A DNA stretch of 64,000 nt from Thermodesulfobacteriota bacterium (GTDB taxonomy: Bacteria; Desulfobacterota_D; UBA1144; Nemesobacterales; UBA2774). Within the stretch, counting starts at the first letter, position 1, and each line of letters begins with the position of its first letter. The DNA is taken from NCBI GenBank assembly GCA_965216785.1, contig OZ244197.1:1088001-1152000 (forward strand), written 5' to 3'. Shown here piece by piece: positions 51,587-61,092 of the stretch. The notes beneath the pieces were generated by a model. The model did not search any database and had not been told where the DNA came from. It worked only from the letters and a program-made list of their open reading frames with translations. The position numbers and the translations under genes are program-made.

Positions 51587-52747
51587 ATGAAAATGCCTAA
51601 AGAAGGAATTCCCGGAGTCTATCACATAACTTACGGCGGCGGTTTTAAGGCCAAGCTCGGAGATTATTTAACGGAAGACGGGCACCTTGCCTGCTTTGAC
51701 ACTAAAGCCGAAGCAATAAGAGCAGTCCGAATGAGGCAGACTCATAATTTTGATTCCGAGGACTATGCTGTCGTTAGGGAAGGTAGTGGGTTCGCGGTAA
51801 GAAAGATTCATACCGTAAATGATCCGATTGCAGACGATATCGATACTTTGAAGGATCTTGATAGCGTGGTTCTATCCGATCAGGGTAAAACCGTAATCGC
51901 CTCTGTCATCGCTGACACTGGTGAAGTGAAGAATTTTCTCCCGCTTCCCAAATGGAAACAAGCCCGTGAAATAAATAGCGTAGAGGAAGTATGGGAGAGG
52001 CTTGAGGATATGCATGAAGAGCTCTCACACCGAGGGGACCACCGGGCCGTGTTCCCATGCAGCTACATTGCGACTACAAAGAAGGCGAGCGTCGTAATAG
52101 AATCGATCCGAAATAAAAATCACCCGGATCACCGAAAATTCAGAGAGCTCGATGACAACCTTATCGAAAATATAGTGATAGAGTTTGCAAAATTCTACTT
52201 TGAAGCTTTTGATAATTATGAAAGTGGGGAACGCTCAAAGGTGCCGCCCGTGTGGAGAGTTAATTTTGACGAAGCCAAGGCTCAGACTACTAGCGTGGTA
52301 GAGGATATGCTGCTTGGTTATAACGCTCATATGAGCTATGACCTTAGTATTATCCTCGCTAAAAAGCTTCCGGACGGAAAACCGCTTTATGACCCGGAGG
52401 ACTCAAAACAGGTAAATACTTTTAATGCGTTCAATCGTATATTAATAGAAGAGACGGATACGATAATAGGTTATGTAACGGAAATTGATGACAGGCTTGG
52501 AGGCAGATCGACCGAGGTAATAACATCGGGAAAGGCTATCGGCGTAAAGCTCCTTGGAGAAGGGGGGCTTGAGGATATGCTCCTAAAGCTCTTCTCAAAG
52601 GCGCGGGAGGAAGCCGAAGAAAACAGCAAAGCGCTTATGGAAGGCCGGATTACCCAGGAAGAGTTTGCAGAGAAAATCACTAAACGCGCCAGGGCAATTG
52701 GGCGGATGCTGCCCAATAGCGGCCGTATATTCGATAAAGAGAGCTAG
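51587..52747 (+). CDS. DUF5995-like protein with an extra N-terminal region
   Basis: D.RAVF..SY..TT, FA..YF.A, P.VW...F, LLG.NAH..YDL pattern. Confidence 0.6.
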   Translation: MKMPKEGIPGVYHITYGGGFKAKLGDYLTEDGHLACFDTKAEAIRAVRMRQTHNFDSEDYAVVREGSGFAVRKIHTVNDPIADDIDTLKDLDSVVLSDQGKTVIASVIADTGEVKNFLPLPKWKQAREINSVEEVWERLEDMHEELSHRGDHRAVFPCSYIATTKKASVVIESIRNKNHPDHRKFRELDDNLIENIVIEFAKFYFEAFDNYESGERSKVPPVWRVNFDEAKAQTTSVVEDMLLGYNAHMSYDLSIILAKKLPDGKPLYDPEDSKQVNTFNAFNRILIEETDTIIGYVTEIDDRLGGRSTEVITSGKAIGVKLLGEGGLEDMLLKLFSKAREEAEENSKALMEGRITQEEFAEKITKRARAIGRMLPNSGRIFDKES

Positions 52748-52769
52748 TTATAGATCACGAGAGCAAAAT

Positions 52770-54566
52770 ATGAATGCGGACAGCGAAAACTATTTAATTC
52801 CCATTGTGCTAGGCGTGTTGGCGGATAACGGCGTCGATGTCAACGATCAGATATTAGAGAAATTAATCACACCCCAGCTCGTTAAAATTAAAAATACATT
52901 TCCGAGCTCCCCGTTTTTCGTTATATCTCCCCTGGCTAATGATAAGGAGAGTCTGATAGCGCGTCTTGCCATAGACCGCTTGGATGCAGACATTGCAACA
53001 GCTTCTAAAGAGCCTGATGATAAACAGATCGAGATTTTTAAAATGGAACTTCAGAAAGGCGGTTACGCCCAATCTGATATTAAGAGGATAGGGCTGGCAA
53101 ATGAAGCGTCTAAAGGAAATAATCAAGTACTCAGTCCTTCAAAACTCACGGCCTCTCAATCTCAGATACTCATCGTGCTTAAAAACGGAGTAAAGGACAA
53201 AGCGCAGAGTGAAGTTGAAAGTGCCTTGGAGCTTAGAAATGAAGGGCGGTTCCACGAAATGTATTCCGGACGGGACAAAGATCAAAACACTTTAGATGCG
53301 CCGGATCTCGGACTCACTATCACGATCAACCCGGCGACATTTGATATTAGCACACAGATAACCCCGGTACAGGACGAGGCGCCGGAATCTCAAGAGCTGA
53401 AAAAAATAAATACGACATTTACCGAGAAGCTGTCTTTTGCTTTTAATAGGCATATTGAGCGCGTGACCGGGGTATTTGATAGATTCTATACCTCTTACAT
53501 CGAAATTCCGGATGACGGTGATAAGGACAGGCTTGCCAGATCGCCGTTTGTTGAAATCGCCGAGAAAATAGACGGCTATAATAAAGATGTTGCCGGTTTT
53601 ATAGAATCCAAAGGTGTCGAGACGGCACAACAATCCAAGGATTATTTACTTTCAGACGAGCGGGATAATCCAATTATATCGGAAGATCCCACCGTAGAGA
53701 AAATTATAGCTCCTTACAGCGGGGCCGATGTGCTTTCTCAGTTCTATCAAAAGAAAACCAACACTTATATAAACTGGATTTATATTCTTTTTTTCGCGGC
53801 TGTACTCCTATACGGAATTATCGATTTAAACTACTATCTGGTGCTGTGCTATATAGCCCTGATACCTGCGATCGCGTTTCTTGTGTACCGCTCTAAGGCT
53901 GAGAAAATCGAGGACAGATTCCTTGATTACAGGGCGCTTGCCGAGGGACTCAGGGTTATGGTGTTCTGGAGGATTGCCGGCATTGATGAGAGGGTCTCCG
54001 ACAACTATTTGAGTAAATACGCGGGCTTGGTTTCTTGGATAAGCCGCGCTATTAAGAATGTAGAGGTTGTCGGCCTTACAAATGGAGCAGGCCGTATAGA
54101 GAACAAAAAAGAGCGCGTAGAGATTACGAATAAACTGTGGATCGAATCACAGCTTGAGTACTATAGAAGGAAAAGAAATCCGCTCTATATGCGCTCTCTC
54201 GATCTGGGCAACCTGGCGCTTGTATCGTTCGTTCTCACACTCTTATTCGCGCTTTTGTTCGGCATATACCTTCTTTTTGCAGGTTTAGGCAACGACGGGG
54301 CGATAACAAGGTTTGAGGTTATGATAGGCGCTGCCGCCGCGATCGGTGTAGCCGCTCAGGCGTATAAGAGTAAAAAGGCGTATGACGAGCTTGAAAGACG
54401 CTATACTCTGACTCAGCATATATATATGTCCGCAAGTAAAAAGCTTAAGACGAACGCAGGCTCTCCGGACAGTATCCTCATTGCGGTAGGTAAAGAGGCG
54501 CTCCTTGAGAATAGCGACTGGCTCTGGACCCATAGGAATCTGCCGATCGAGCTGCCAAAGGGGTAG
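52770..54566 (+). CDS. Degenerate SLOG-like domain plus two 2TM SLATT-like (DUF4231-like) modules
   Basis: IPIVLGV, VISPLA, SQILIV align with the paralog downstream; AD.LS..YQ, FLDYRALAEGLR, WI.SQ..YY, E..DW; four hydrophobic segments. Confidence 0.65.
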   Translation: MNADSENYLIPIVLGVLADNGVDVNDQILEKLITPQLVKIKNTFPSSPFFVISPLANDKESLIARLAIDRLDADIATASKEPDDKQIEIFKMELQKGGYAQSDIKRIGLANEASKGNNQVLSPSKLTASQSQILIVLKNGVKDKAQSEVESALELRNEGRFHEMYSGRDKDQNTLDAPDLGLTITINPATFDISTQITPVQDEAPESQELKKINTTFTEKLSFAFNRHIERVTGVFDRFYTSYIEIPDDGDKDRLARSPFVEIAEKIDGYNKDVAGFIESKGVETAQQSKDYLLSDERDNPIISEDPTVEKIIAPYSGADVLSQFYQKKTNTYINWIYILFFAAVLLYGIIDLNYYLVLCYIALIPAIAFLVYRSKAEKIEDRFLDYRALAEGLRVMVFWRIAGIDERVSDNYLSKYAGLVSWISRAIKNVEVVGLTNGAGRIENKKERVEITNKLWIESQLEYYRRKRNPLYMRSLDLGNLALVSFVLTLLFALLFGIYLLFAGLGNDGAITRFEVMIGAAAAIGVAAQAYKSKKAYDELERRYTLTQHIYMSASKKLKTNAGSPDSILIAVGKEALLENSDWLWTHRNLPIELPKG

Positions 54567-54593
54567 GTAGAGAAAGAAAGGATTGAGTATTCA

Positions 54594-56387
54594 ATGAGTA
54601 AACAAATAAAAACGCCTCCGAAAGTTGCGCTTACGCTAAGAGTCGGCGTGACAGGTCACCGACCTCAAGGACTCGAAAGTTCGGACCTCCTATCACTCCG
54701 CTCAAAGCTGGATCATGTCCTTAGTGAGTTAAAACGAATTTTGCATGAGATCAATAATACTCCTAGCATGTACACGCCAGGGGATCCGCTGCTTAGAATT
54801 ATATCTCCACTAGCAGAAGGCGCCGATATGCTGGTCGCCGAGACTGCGCTGGAGAGCGGGTTTGAGCTGCAGTGCGCAATTCCCTTTGAAAGAGAAGAAT
54901 ATCAGAAGGATTTTCACAGTCCGGATTCGATACGCATGTACAGGGATATGCTGGAACGAGCAACGGCGGTTTTCGAGCTTAACGGCTCGCGCCGCACAAA
55001 GGCGCTTGAGAATGAGTCCTACCAGGCGGTGGGAAGGATGGTGCTCAACCAAAGCGATGTAATTATAGCCGTATGGGACGGAAAAGAGGCCAGGGGAAAA
55101 GGCGGGACCGGGCAGATCGTCAAAGAGGCAACGCAGCTTGAGATTCCCGTCATCTGGATAGATACGGCGCCTGAGCATGAGATACGCGTCCTTACGGGGA
55201 ATGAATACGGAACGAGTGAGGGAGAAGACCTGGATGGTCTCGACAGGAAGTTAAAACAACTGCTGGCGCCTAATAGCCTGAATGATGTTGAGATTAGAAA
55301 CGCTTATTTTGAAGAAACTCAGCCCCAAAGGTCTTGGGGGGTCATATTCGAGGTTTTTTGTGATTTCTTTTCAGGTGATAAGATAGACGCAAGCGGGGTA
55401 CATGTAAAAAACTTTGAGAAAAAGACGAGAGAAGAATGGCGGCACTCAAATGGCTATTCCGATGAGAATTCTCAGTCCGCTGAATTCCTCAATAATATGG
55501 AAGAGCAGGTGGACGAGAAACTTCTCCTTCATTACAGCTGGGCGGATAATCTGGCGAATTATTACTCAAACGTCTACAGGAGCTCTTTTGTCGGCAACTA
55601 TTTGTTGGCGGGGCTAGCCGTATTATTCGCACTATTAGCCGTAACTGTTCCCTCCTATGAAAAAGTATGGATTACAATAGAGCTGCTTATTATCGTATCG
55701 ATACTGGCTGTAACAAGAATCGGGAACCAAAGGAAATGGCACGAAAGGTGGATTGACTACAGGTTGTTATCAGAGGAGATAAGGCAGCTCAGGTTCCTGG
55801 CCCCGCTTGGATTAACGACCCCGGCGTTCAGGGTTCCCGCACACGATACTCACGGTGATCCCAGGAATACCTGGGTGAATTGGCATTTCAGAGCTATAGT
55901 GAGAAATCTGGGGATAATAACGGCAAGAATTAATAAGGAGTATCTGGAGTCCTACAGATCACTACTATCCGGGCGTGAAGTTAAGGGACAGATAGGATAC
56001 CACGATAAGAACTATCCGCGTTTCCATGAAATTCATAAAAGGCTCCATTACCTGGGTAATGCATTATTTGTCTTAACCTTCTTTGCAGTGCTTTTACATT
56101 TTTTGTTTTCCTCGGAGTGGCTTACTCTTTGCGCCGCGGTGTTTCCGGCCTTTGGAGCCGCGTTCTACGGGATCAGGACTCAGGGGGAGTTTGAGCAGAT
56201 TGCCAAGCGGTCCCGGGCAATGAGCGCTAAGCTAAAAGATATAAAGGAAGAGCTCGATAGTCCCAGCTTTACTCCGTCATATGGTGATATGTCTTTAATA
56301 GCAGAAAATACTGCAGAGATTATATCTTCGGAAACTCTTGATTGGAGAATTGTATTTCAGTCGAAAAGGTTGGTGTTGCCCGTATAA
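54594..56387 (+). CDS. SLOG (Smf/DprA-LOG) domain plus two 2TM SLATT-like modules
   Basis: VGVTGHR, ISPLAEGAD, IAVWDG...GKGGT, PVIWI; AD.LA..Y, W.DYRLLSE..R, Q..YH, E..DW; four TMs. Confidence 0.78.
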   Translation: MSKQIKTPPKVALTLRVGVTGHRPQGLESSDLLSLRSKLDHVLSELKRILHEINNTPSMYTPGDPLLRIISPLAEGADMLVAETALESGFELQCAIPFEREEYQKDFHSPDSIRMYRDMLERATAVFELNGSRRTKALENESYQAVGRMVLNQSDVIIAVWDGKEARGKGGTGQIVKEATQLEIPVIWIDTAPEHEIRVLTGNEYGTSEGEDLDGLDRKLKQLLAPNSLNDVEIRNAYFEETQPQRSWGVIFEVFCDFFSGDKIDASGVHVKNFEKKTREEWRHSNGYSDENSQSAEFLNNMEEQVDEKLLLHYSWADNLANYYSNVYRSSFVGNYLLAGLAVLFALLAVTVPSYEKVWITIELLIIVSILAVTRIGNQRKWHERWIDYRLLSEEIRQLRFLAPLGLTTPAFRVPAHDTHGDPRNTWVNWHFRAIVRNLGIITARINKEYLESYRSLLSGREVKGQIGYHDKNYPRFHEIHKRLHYLGNALFVLTFFAVLLHFLFSSEWLTLCAAVFPAFGAAFYGIRTQGEFEQIAKRSRAMSAKLKDIKEELDSPSFTPSYGDMSLIAENTAEIISSETLDWRIVFQSKRLVLPV

Positions 56388-56429
56388 TCAATCGCTGATA
56401 TAATCCTGATTTAGTTATTGTTTAGGTAG

Positions 56430-57743
56430 ATGGGAACAAAAATGGCACACGACGTATTCATAAGTCACTCGGGAAAAGATAAGACTGTTGCAGACGCCGT
56501 CTGCGCGACGTTGGAAAGAGGCGGTACCCGGTGCTGGATTGCGCCTAGGGACATAGTGCCCGGCACACAGTGGGGCGAGGCCATTATCGACGCCATAAGT
56601 CACTGTAAGGTGATGGTGCTCGTTTTTTCCTCTAACGCAAACGAATCGCAGCAAATTGTTCGTGAGGTCGAAAGGGCAGTCAATAAAGGCATACCCGTTA
56701 TACCCTTTCGGGTCGAAGACGTAGACCCGAATAAGTCGCTTGAATACTACATCAGCGCCCCTCACTGGCTCGATGCACTGACACCCCCGCTTGAAAAACA
56801 CATTGAGCAGCTTAACTCAACTATTAAGCTTCTCCTTTCCAAGCAGGAAGCGGCGGCTGGACCAACTGAGACCATACGGAGCGAGCCTGAACCCACTCAA
56901 ACTGAAACCGATATTCGTAGTGATAAAATCGAGACCATACGTGAACCATATCAGGATAAAGGAGGGCGTAAACAAGGTTTTAATCCAAAGTTAATTGGAG
57001 GCGGTATTGCTGTGTTGCTGCTCATCATTATAGGGTTTTTAGTGTTCTCTGGTGATGAAGGCGATAATTTCGGCACGAATGACGATGTAATAACTACTGA
57101 ACATGATACTTTTACAGATGACGGCAAGATGTGGGGAGCGCTTGCTCTCACCCCTAGCGGCGGATGGGGATTCGCGACGAATCAGCCCTCAAAGCGTGCG
57201 GCTGAGCAAGAAGCCATGGTAAAGTGCAGCAGTCAGAACCCTGACTGTGAGCTGAAGATATCATTTGATAACTGCATGGTCTACGCAAGGGCCGCGGACA
57301 GGACTACGGCCTGGGGGACTCATGAAAATATCGATACGGCAAGGGAGGCGGCTGTGAGTAAGTGTCACGAGTTCACTGCCGACACGTGCGGCTCGCACGT
57401 CGAGCTCTGTGCGGATGGGAGCGTGAAGAGGGTAAACGTATGGGGAGCAATCGCTACCGCTGACGAAGGTAAGCACGGAGAGTCTTGGAATTATCCCACC
57501 AGGGCGGAAGCAGAAGCTGCGGCCTTAGAGGAGTGCCAAAAAGAAGGACCCAACTGTTTGCTCAGAACGTCTTTTACCAATTGTGCCGCTGTAGCCAGGG
57601 GGGATGACGGCGCTCTAGGATGGGCCAATTACAATTACATGGACGATGCCGTAAACGCTGCCTATAAAGAATGTGAAAAGCGGAGTAAGGAAGAATGCCG
57701 CCTACTCATAAAGATCTGCGCCAACGGCAAAGAAGACAACTAA
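56430..57743 (+). CDS. TIR domain, single TM, and two DUF4189-like extracytoplasmic repeats
   Basis: DVFISHS..D, CWIAPRDI.PG, I..AI, S..ANES....REV (catalytic Glu), IPFR, WLDA; TM LIGGGIAVLLLIIIGFLVF; two 103-aa six-Cys repeats starting WGA(L/I)A. Confidence 0.85.
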   Translation: MGTKMAHDVFISHSGKDKTVADAVCATLERGGTRCWIAPRDIVPGTQWGEAIIDAISHCKVMVLVFSSNANESQQIVREVERAVNKGIPVIPFRVEDVDPNKSLEYYISAPHWLDALTPPLEKHIEQLNSTIKLLLSKQEAAAGPTETIRSEPEPTQTETDIRSDKIETIREPYQDKGGRKQGFNPKLIGGGIAVLLLIIIGFLVFSGDEGDNFGTNDDVITTEHDTFTDDGKMWGALALTPSGGWGFATNQPSKRAAEQEAMVKCSSQNPDCELKISFDNCMVYARAADRTTAWGTHENIDTAREAAVSKCHEFTADTCGSHVELCADGSVKRVNVWGAIATADEGKHGESWNYPTRAEAEAAALEECQKEGPNCLLRTSFTNCAAVARGDDGALGWANYNYMDDAVNAAYKECEKRSKEECRLLIKICANGKEDN

Positions 57744-57811
57744 GCTGTAAACTGTCTTACCCCATCACTTAATTTAAATCTCATTTCAAAATTTCTGAGA
57801 ATAAATCCAAA

Positions 57812-58615
57812 CTATTCCACTGAGTTCTTAAAATTCACCACATTCATTATTACCTCGGGGGAGTTGCGGCCGTTTTCATATCCGACGTATCTTATCCAGC
57901 TATGGGGCGGGGCTACAGTGAACCAGAAGTAAGTCTTAGGGAAAAATACCTTAAACACTCCGAGCACTCCTAGCTTGGGGACAAGCTCGACCTTGTAGCA
58001 TTCGACATCGCCCTCGGGGGTGCTGAGTGTTTCAATTCCCTTTAGCTTGAATTCCACATTGTAAAGCTCTGGCTCGTTCGATAAAAATCCAGCCTTAACT
58101 TTGTCTCCGCTTTGGAAGGGAAAAGTGCGAAGGGCCATAAAAACGCCCTCTACTATCAGGGTTTCAGGTGTAAAATCAAAAGTTTCCGTAAGTGATCCTA
58201 CTCCATCTGCGTTATTTCTTACAAATGTCGCTGTTCCGAGCTCCAAATCGAGGGTCTTTTTGTCGGTGTTGATGATTTCCCCGCGCGTGTTTTTAACTGT
58301 GCTATTGGTGCTTATCGGATAAAAAGAGTCCTGAGCTTTAAATATTGACTCCGATACCCAAGTTGCGTTTTCAGAGAAAGGATACAAAAGCCCTTTTCCC
58401 GTAAATGTCAGCTTTAAAAAGTTCTCTCCGTTCTGCGTGAATTGCTCGGCGGTCCAGTCGGCAGTCCACTTCGTGCCCCCCTCTTTGTAGTCAACTATCA
58501 TCGTCCCGCTCTCCTTTGGGCTCATAGGCGGGACTTTAAACGGCTCGGCACGCACCGCTAGTACAGACAAAAGGAGTGCTGCGGTAAGGGATAAATAAAA
58601 TGATTTTAGTCTCAT
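57812..58615 (-). CDS. Secreted hypothetical protein (DUF3108-like beta-rich)
   Basis: Signal peptide ending VRA, ETL.TP.G.V.CYK, YFWF. Confidence 0.6.
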   Translation of the reverse strand: MRLKSFYLSLTAALLLSVLAVRAEPFKVPPMSPKESGTMIVDYKEGGTKWTADWTAEQFTQNGENFLKLTFTGKGLLYPFSENATWVSESIFKAQDSFYPISTNSTVKNTRGEIINTDKKTLDLELGTATFVRNNADGVGSLTETFDFTPETLIVEGVFMALRTFPFQSGDKVKAGFLSNEPELYNVEFKLKGIETLSTPEGDVECYKVELVPKLGVLGVFKVFFPKTYFWFTVAPPHSWIRYVGYENGRNSPEVIMNVVNFKNSVE

Positions 58616-58836
58616 AGTCAGATTCCTCTCAAGAGATTATAAATTTTAAATACTGATTTTGCGAATAAATCCTGGGTGTTTTGGTAATATCCAATTAAAA
58701 ATGCTAATATGTCACAGATAAATACGCGCTTTTGCGTGACTTTGGTTCTCTGGTTTAACATTCGATCGATAAAACTATCTTGCTATAACGTAACGTAAGT
58801 TAAAGCAGCGGTCACAAAGCTGATCAGGAGACGGAT

Positions 58837-60066
58837 ATGAACAAGCAGTTCGGAGGTAATTATCTTATCTTCGGCATAATTATAGGAGTCCTGCTGGGTG
58901 GGTTAGTAGGATCGTTTTTCCCCGAAACAGGGGTTATGCTCGGGTTTTTAGGTACGCTCTTTTTAAACGCGCTCAAGATGATTGTGCTCCCGCTTATCAT
59001 CGTTTCCATTACTCTCAGTATTATGAAAGTTGGTAACCTCGGCTCCCTTGGTGTGAAGACCCTCATCTACTATCTGTTTACAACATGCATTGCAGTATTT
59101 ATCGGTATCCTTGTCGTCAATATGATTCATCCGGGTGTAGGCTCGGCGGTCTTGAGTGGCGAGATGCCCGATATTGTTAAAGCTAAGGAAAACATGAGTC
59201 TCTTTGACGTGTTACTCCTAAAGTTCATATCTCCGAATCTTTTTAATTCTGCTGAGGAGTTTGAGATACTCCCTCTTATCATCGCATCAATTTTGTTCGG
59301 AGCGGCGTTTGCCGCGCTTGGCAGAGAGAGCAAGCTCATCGAGGATATTTTCACTATATTAGACAAGGCTATAATGAAGATCATACACTGGATAATGATC
59401 TTTACTCCAGTTGGAATATTCGGGCTCATAGCAGAGCGAATAGGCGTGTCGGGAGGCGGGACTGCGGTGCTCGAGCTTGCGATGGAGCTTGGCAAGTATG
59501 TGCTGAGTGTCGTGGTGGGTCTCGCAATACACGGTCTTATTGTTCTTCCCCTGATACTGTATTTATTTACCAAGAGGAACCCGCTTGGATTCGTAAAACA
59601 CTTAAGCAAGGCTCTCCTTACTGCTTTCTCCACCGCCTCGTCCTCCGCTACTCTTCCGCTTACAATGGAGGGAGTGATAGACGAAGCCAAGGTGAATCCG
59701 AAAGTGGGCAGGTTCGTGCTACCGCTCGGAGCAACGATTAATATGGACGGCACGGCGCTATATGAGGCTGTGGCCGTGATATTCATAGCACAGAGCTACG
59801 GTATTGACCTTAGTATCGCACAGATGGTCATAGTATTCTTCACGGCCACACTGGCCGCTATTGGGGCTGCGGGAATACCCGAGGCCGGGCTTGTCACCAT
59901 GGTTCTGGTTCTCCAGGCCGTGGGGCTTCCGCTCGAGGGCGTCGGGCTGATACTTGCCATAGACTGGCTGCTCGATCGTTTCAGGACAACTATCAATGTA
60001 TGGGGGGACTGCATCGGAGCAGCCGTAATTGAGCGCTTCGAAGGCGATGACAAAGAGACTCCATAA
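58837..60066 (+). CDS. Dicarboxylate/amino acid:cation symporter (GltP family)
   Basis: AFSTASSSATLP, LPLGATINMDGTALY, GAAGIP, DRFRT.INV.GD. Confidence 0.95.
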   Translation: MNKQFGGNYLIFGIIIGVLLGGLVGSFFPETGVMLGFLGTLFLNALKMIVLPLIIVSITLSIMKVGNLGSLGVKTLIYYLFTTCIAVFIGILVVNMIHPGVGSAVLSGEMPDIVKAKENMSLFDVLLLKFISPNLFNSAEEFEILPLIIASILFGAAFAALGRESKLIEDIFTILDKAIMKIIHWIMIFTPVGIFGLIAERIGVSGGGTAVLELAMELGKYVLSVVVGLAIHGLIVLPLILYLFTKRNPLGFVKHLSKALLTAFSTASSSATLPLTMEGVIDEAKVNPKVGRFVLPLGATINMDGTALYEAVAVIFIAQSYGIDLSIAQMVIVFFTATLAAIGAAGIPEAGLVTMVLVLQAVGLPLEGVGLILAIDWLLDRFRTTINVWGDCIGAAVIERFEGDDKETP

Positions 60067-60094
60067 TTTCAGGGCTGCCGCTTAGTTAACTATG

Positions 60095-60958
60095 TTATAG
60101 AGTGCGGGCTTCGAATGTATTACAGGAATTAATATCACCTGATTGTAATCCTATTTTAAACCACCTTACCCTTTGCTCGGAGCTTCCGTGCGTAAACGAA
60201 TCGGGAGTGACGTAGCCTCTTGACTGTTTTTGCAGACGGTCGTCCCCGATGCTGCTTGCGGCGTTTAAACCTTCTTCAATATCGCCCTCTTCCAATATGT
60301 CTCTTGCTTTGTCCGCGTTACTCGTCCAGACTCCCGCCAAGCAGTCTGCCTGAAGCTCCTGCATAACGGATAGCTTGTTGCCCTCAGCTTCGCTCAATCT
60401 CCTGCGTGCGTTATAAACCTGCTCTGAGATTCCAAGCAAATTCTGTACATGGTGTCCCACTTCGTGCGCAATGACGTATGCCTGGGCAAAATCTCCAGGC
60501 GCCCCAAGCTTGTATTTAAGATCTCTGTAGAAACTGAGGTCTATATATACCTTTTGGTCACGGGGACAATAGAATGGGCCCATAGCCGACTGGGCGAAGC
60601 CGCAAGCGGAATCAACAGCTCCTGAAAATAGCACTAGTCTTGGTTCTTGGTATTGTGAGTTAAATCCCCGGAAAAGCTCATTCCAGGTGTCTTCAGTGTC
60701 TGCGAGAACAACCGAAACAAAATCCGCAAGCTCGTCATTTTCCCCAGGACTTACACCTTGCTCGTAGGATGATGTAGAGACGCTATCGGTGTACGACCCG
60801 TCGTTGAGCAGTTTACTGGGGTCCGCGCCAAGGAGTATGGCAATCACGATAATTACTAAAAGCCCGATCCCGCCCCCTGCGGCTCTCCTGCCTCTCGGCA
60901 TTCTTACGTGCCTTCTATCCTCGACATTACCACTTCTTCTTCCTAATCTCCAGCGCAT
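60095..60958 (-). CDS. Putative neutral zinc metallopeptidase (YpfJ family)
   Basis: NVEDRR, GPFYCP.D, GDFAQAYVIAHEVGHHVQ, ELQADC, FTHGSSEQR. Confidence 0.92.
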   Translation of the reverse strand: MRWRLGRRSGNVEDRRHVRMPRGRRAAGGGIGLLVIIVIAILLGADPSKLLNDGSYTDSVSTSSYEQGVSPGENDELADFVSVVLADTEDTWNELFRGFNSQYQEPRLVLFSGAVDSACGFAQSAMGPFYCPRDQKVYIDLSFYRDLKYKLGAPGDFAQAYVIAHEVGHHVQNLLGISEQVYNARRRLSEAEGNKLSVMQELQADCLAGVWTSNADKARDILEEGDIEEGLNAASSIGDDRLQKQSRGYVTPDSFTHGSSEQRVRWFKIGLQSGDINSCNTFEARTL

Positions 60959-61092
60959 GTACCTGTCCTCACAATGTATTTTGTATGAGAACTTAACATA
61001 CTCTAATTCTGAAATCTATTCCAAATTCAAACTCGTTATCATTCGGCGCATACTTTGTTTGAAAGCACTCTCACCAGTCAGTAGAATTCACA

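Noticed and set aside
52665-52769. ORF-track TTG start for the first SLOG-like gene
   Set aside because: It overlaps the upstream gene; ATG 52770 gives a length matching the paralog
51587-57743. TIR/SLOG locus as a recently acquired island
   Set aside because: By eye the composition resembles flanking genes, and no integrase, tRNA or direct repeats border it
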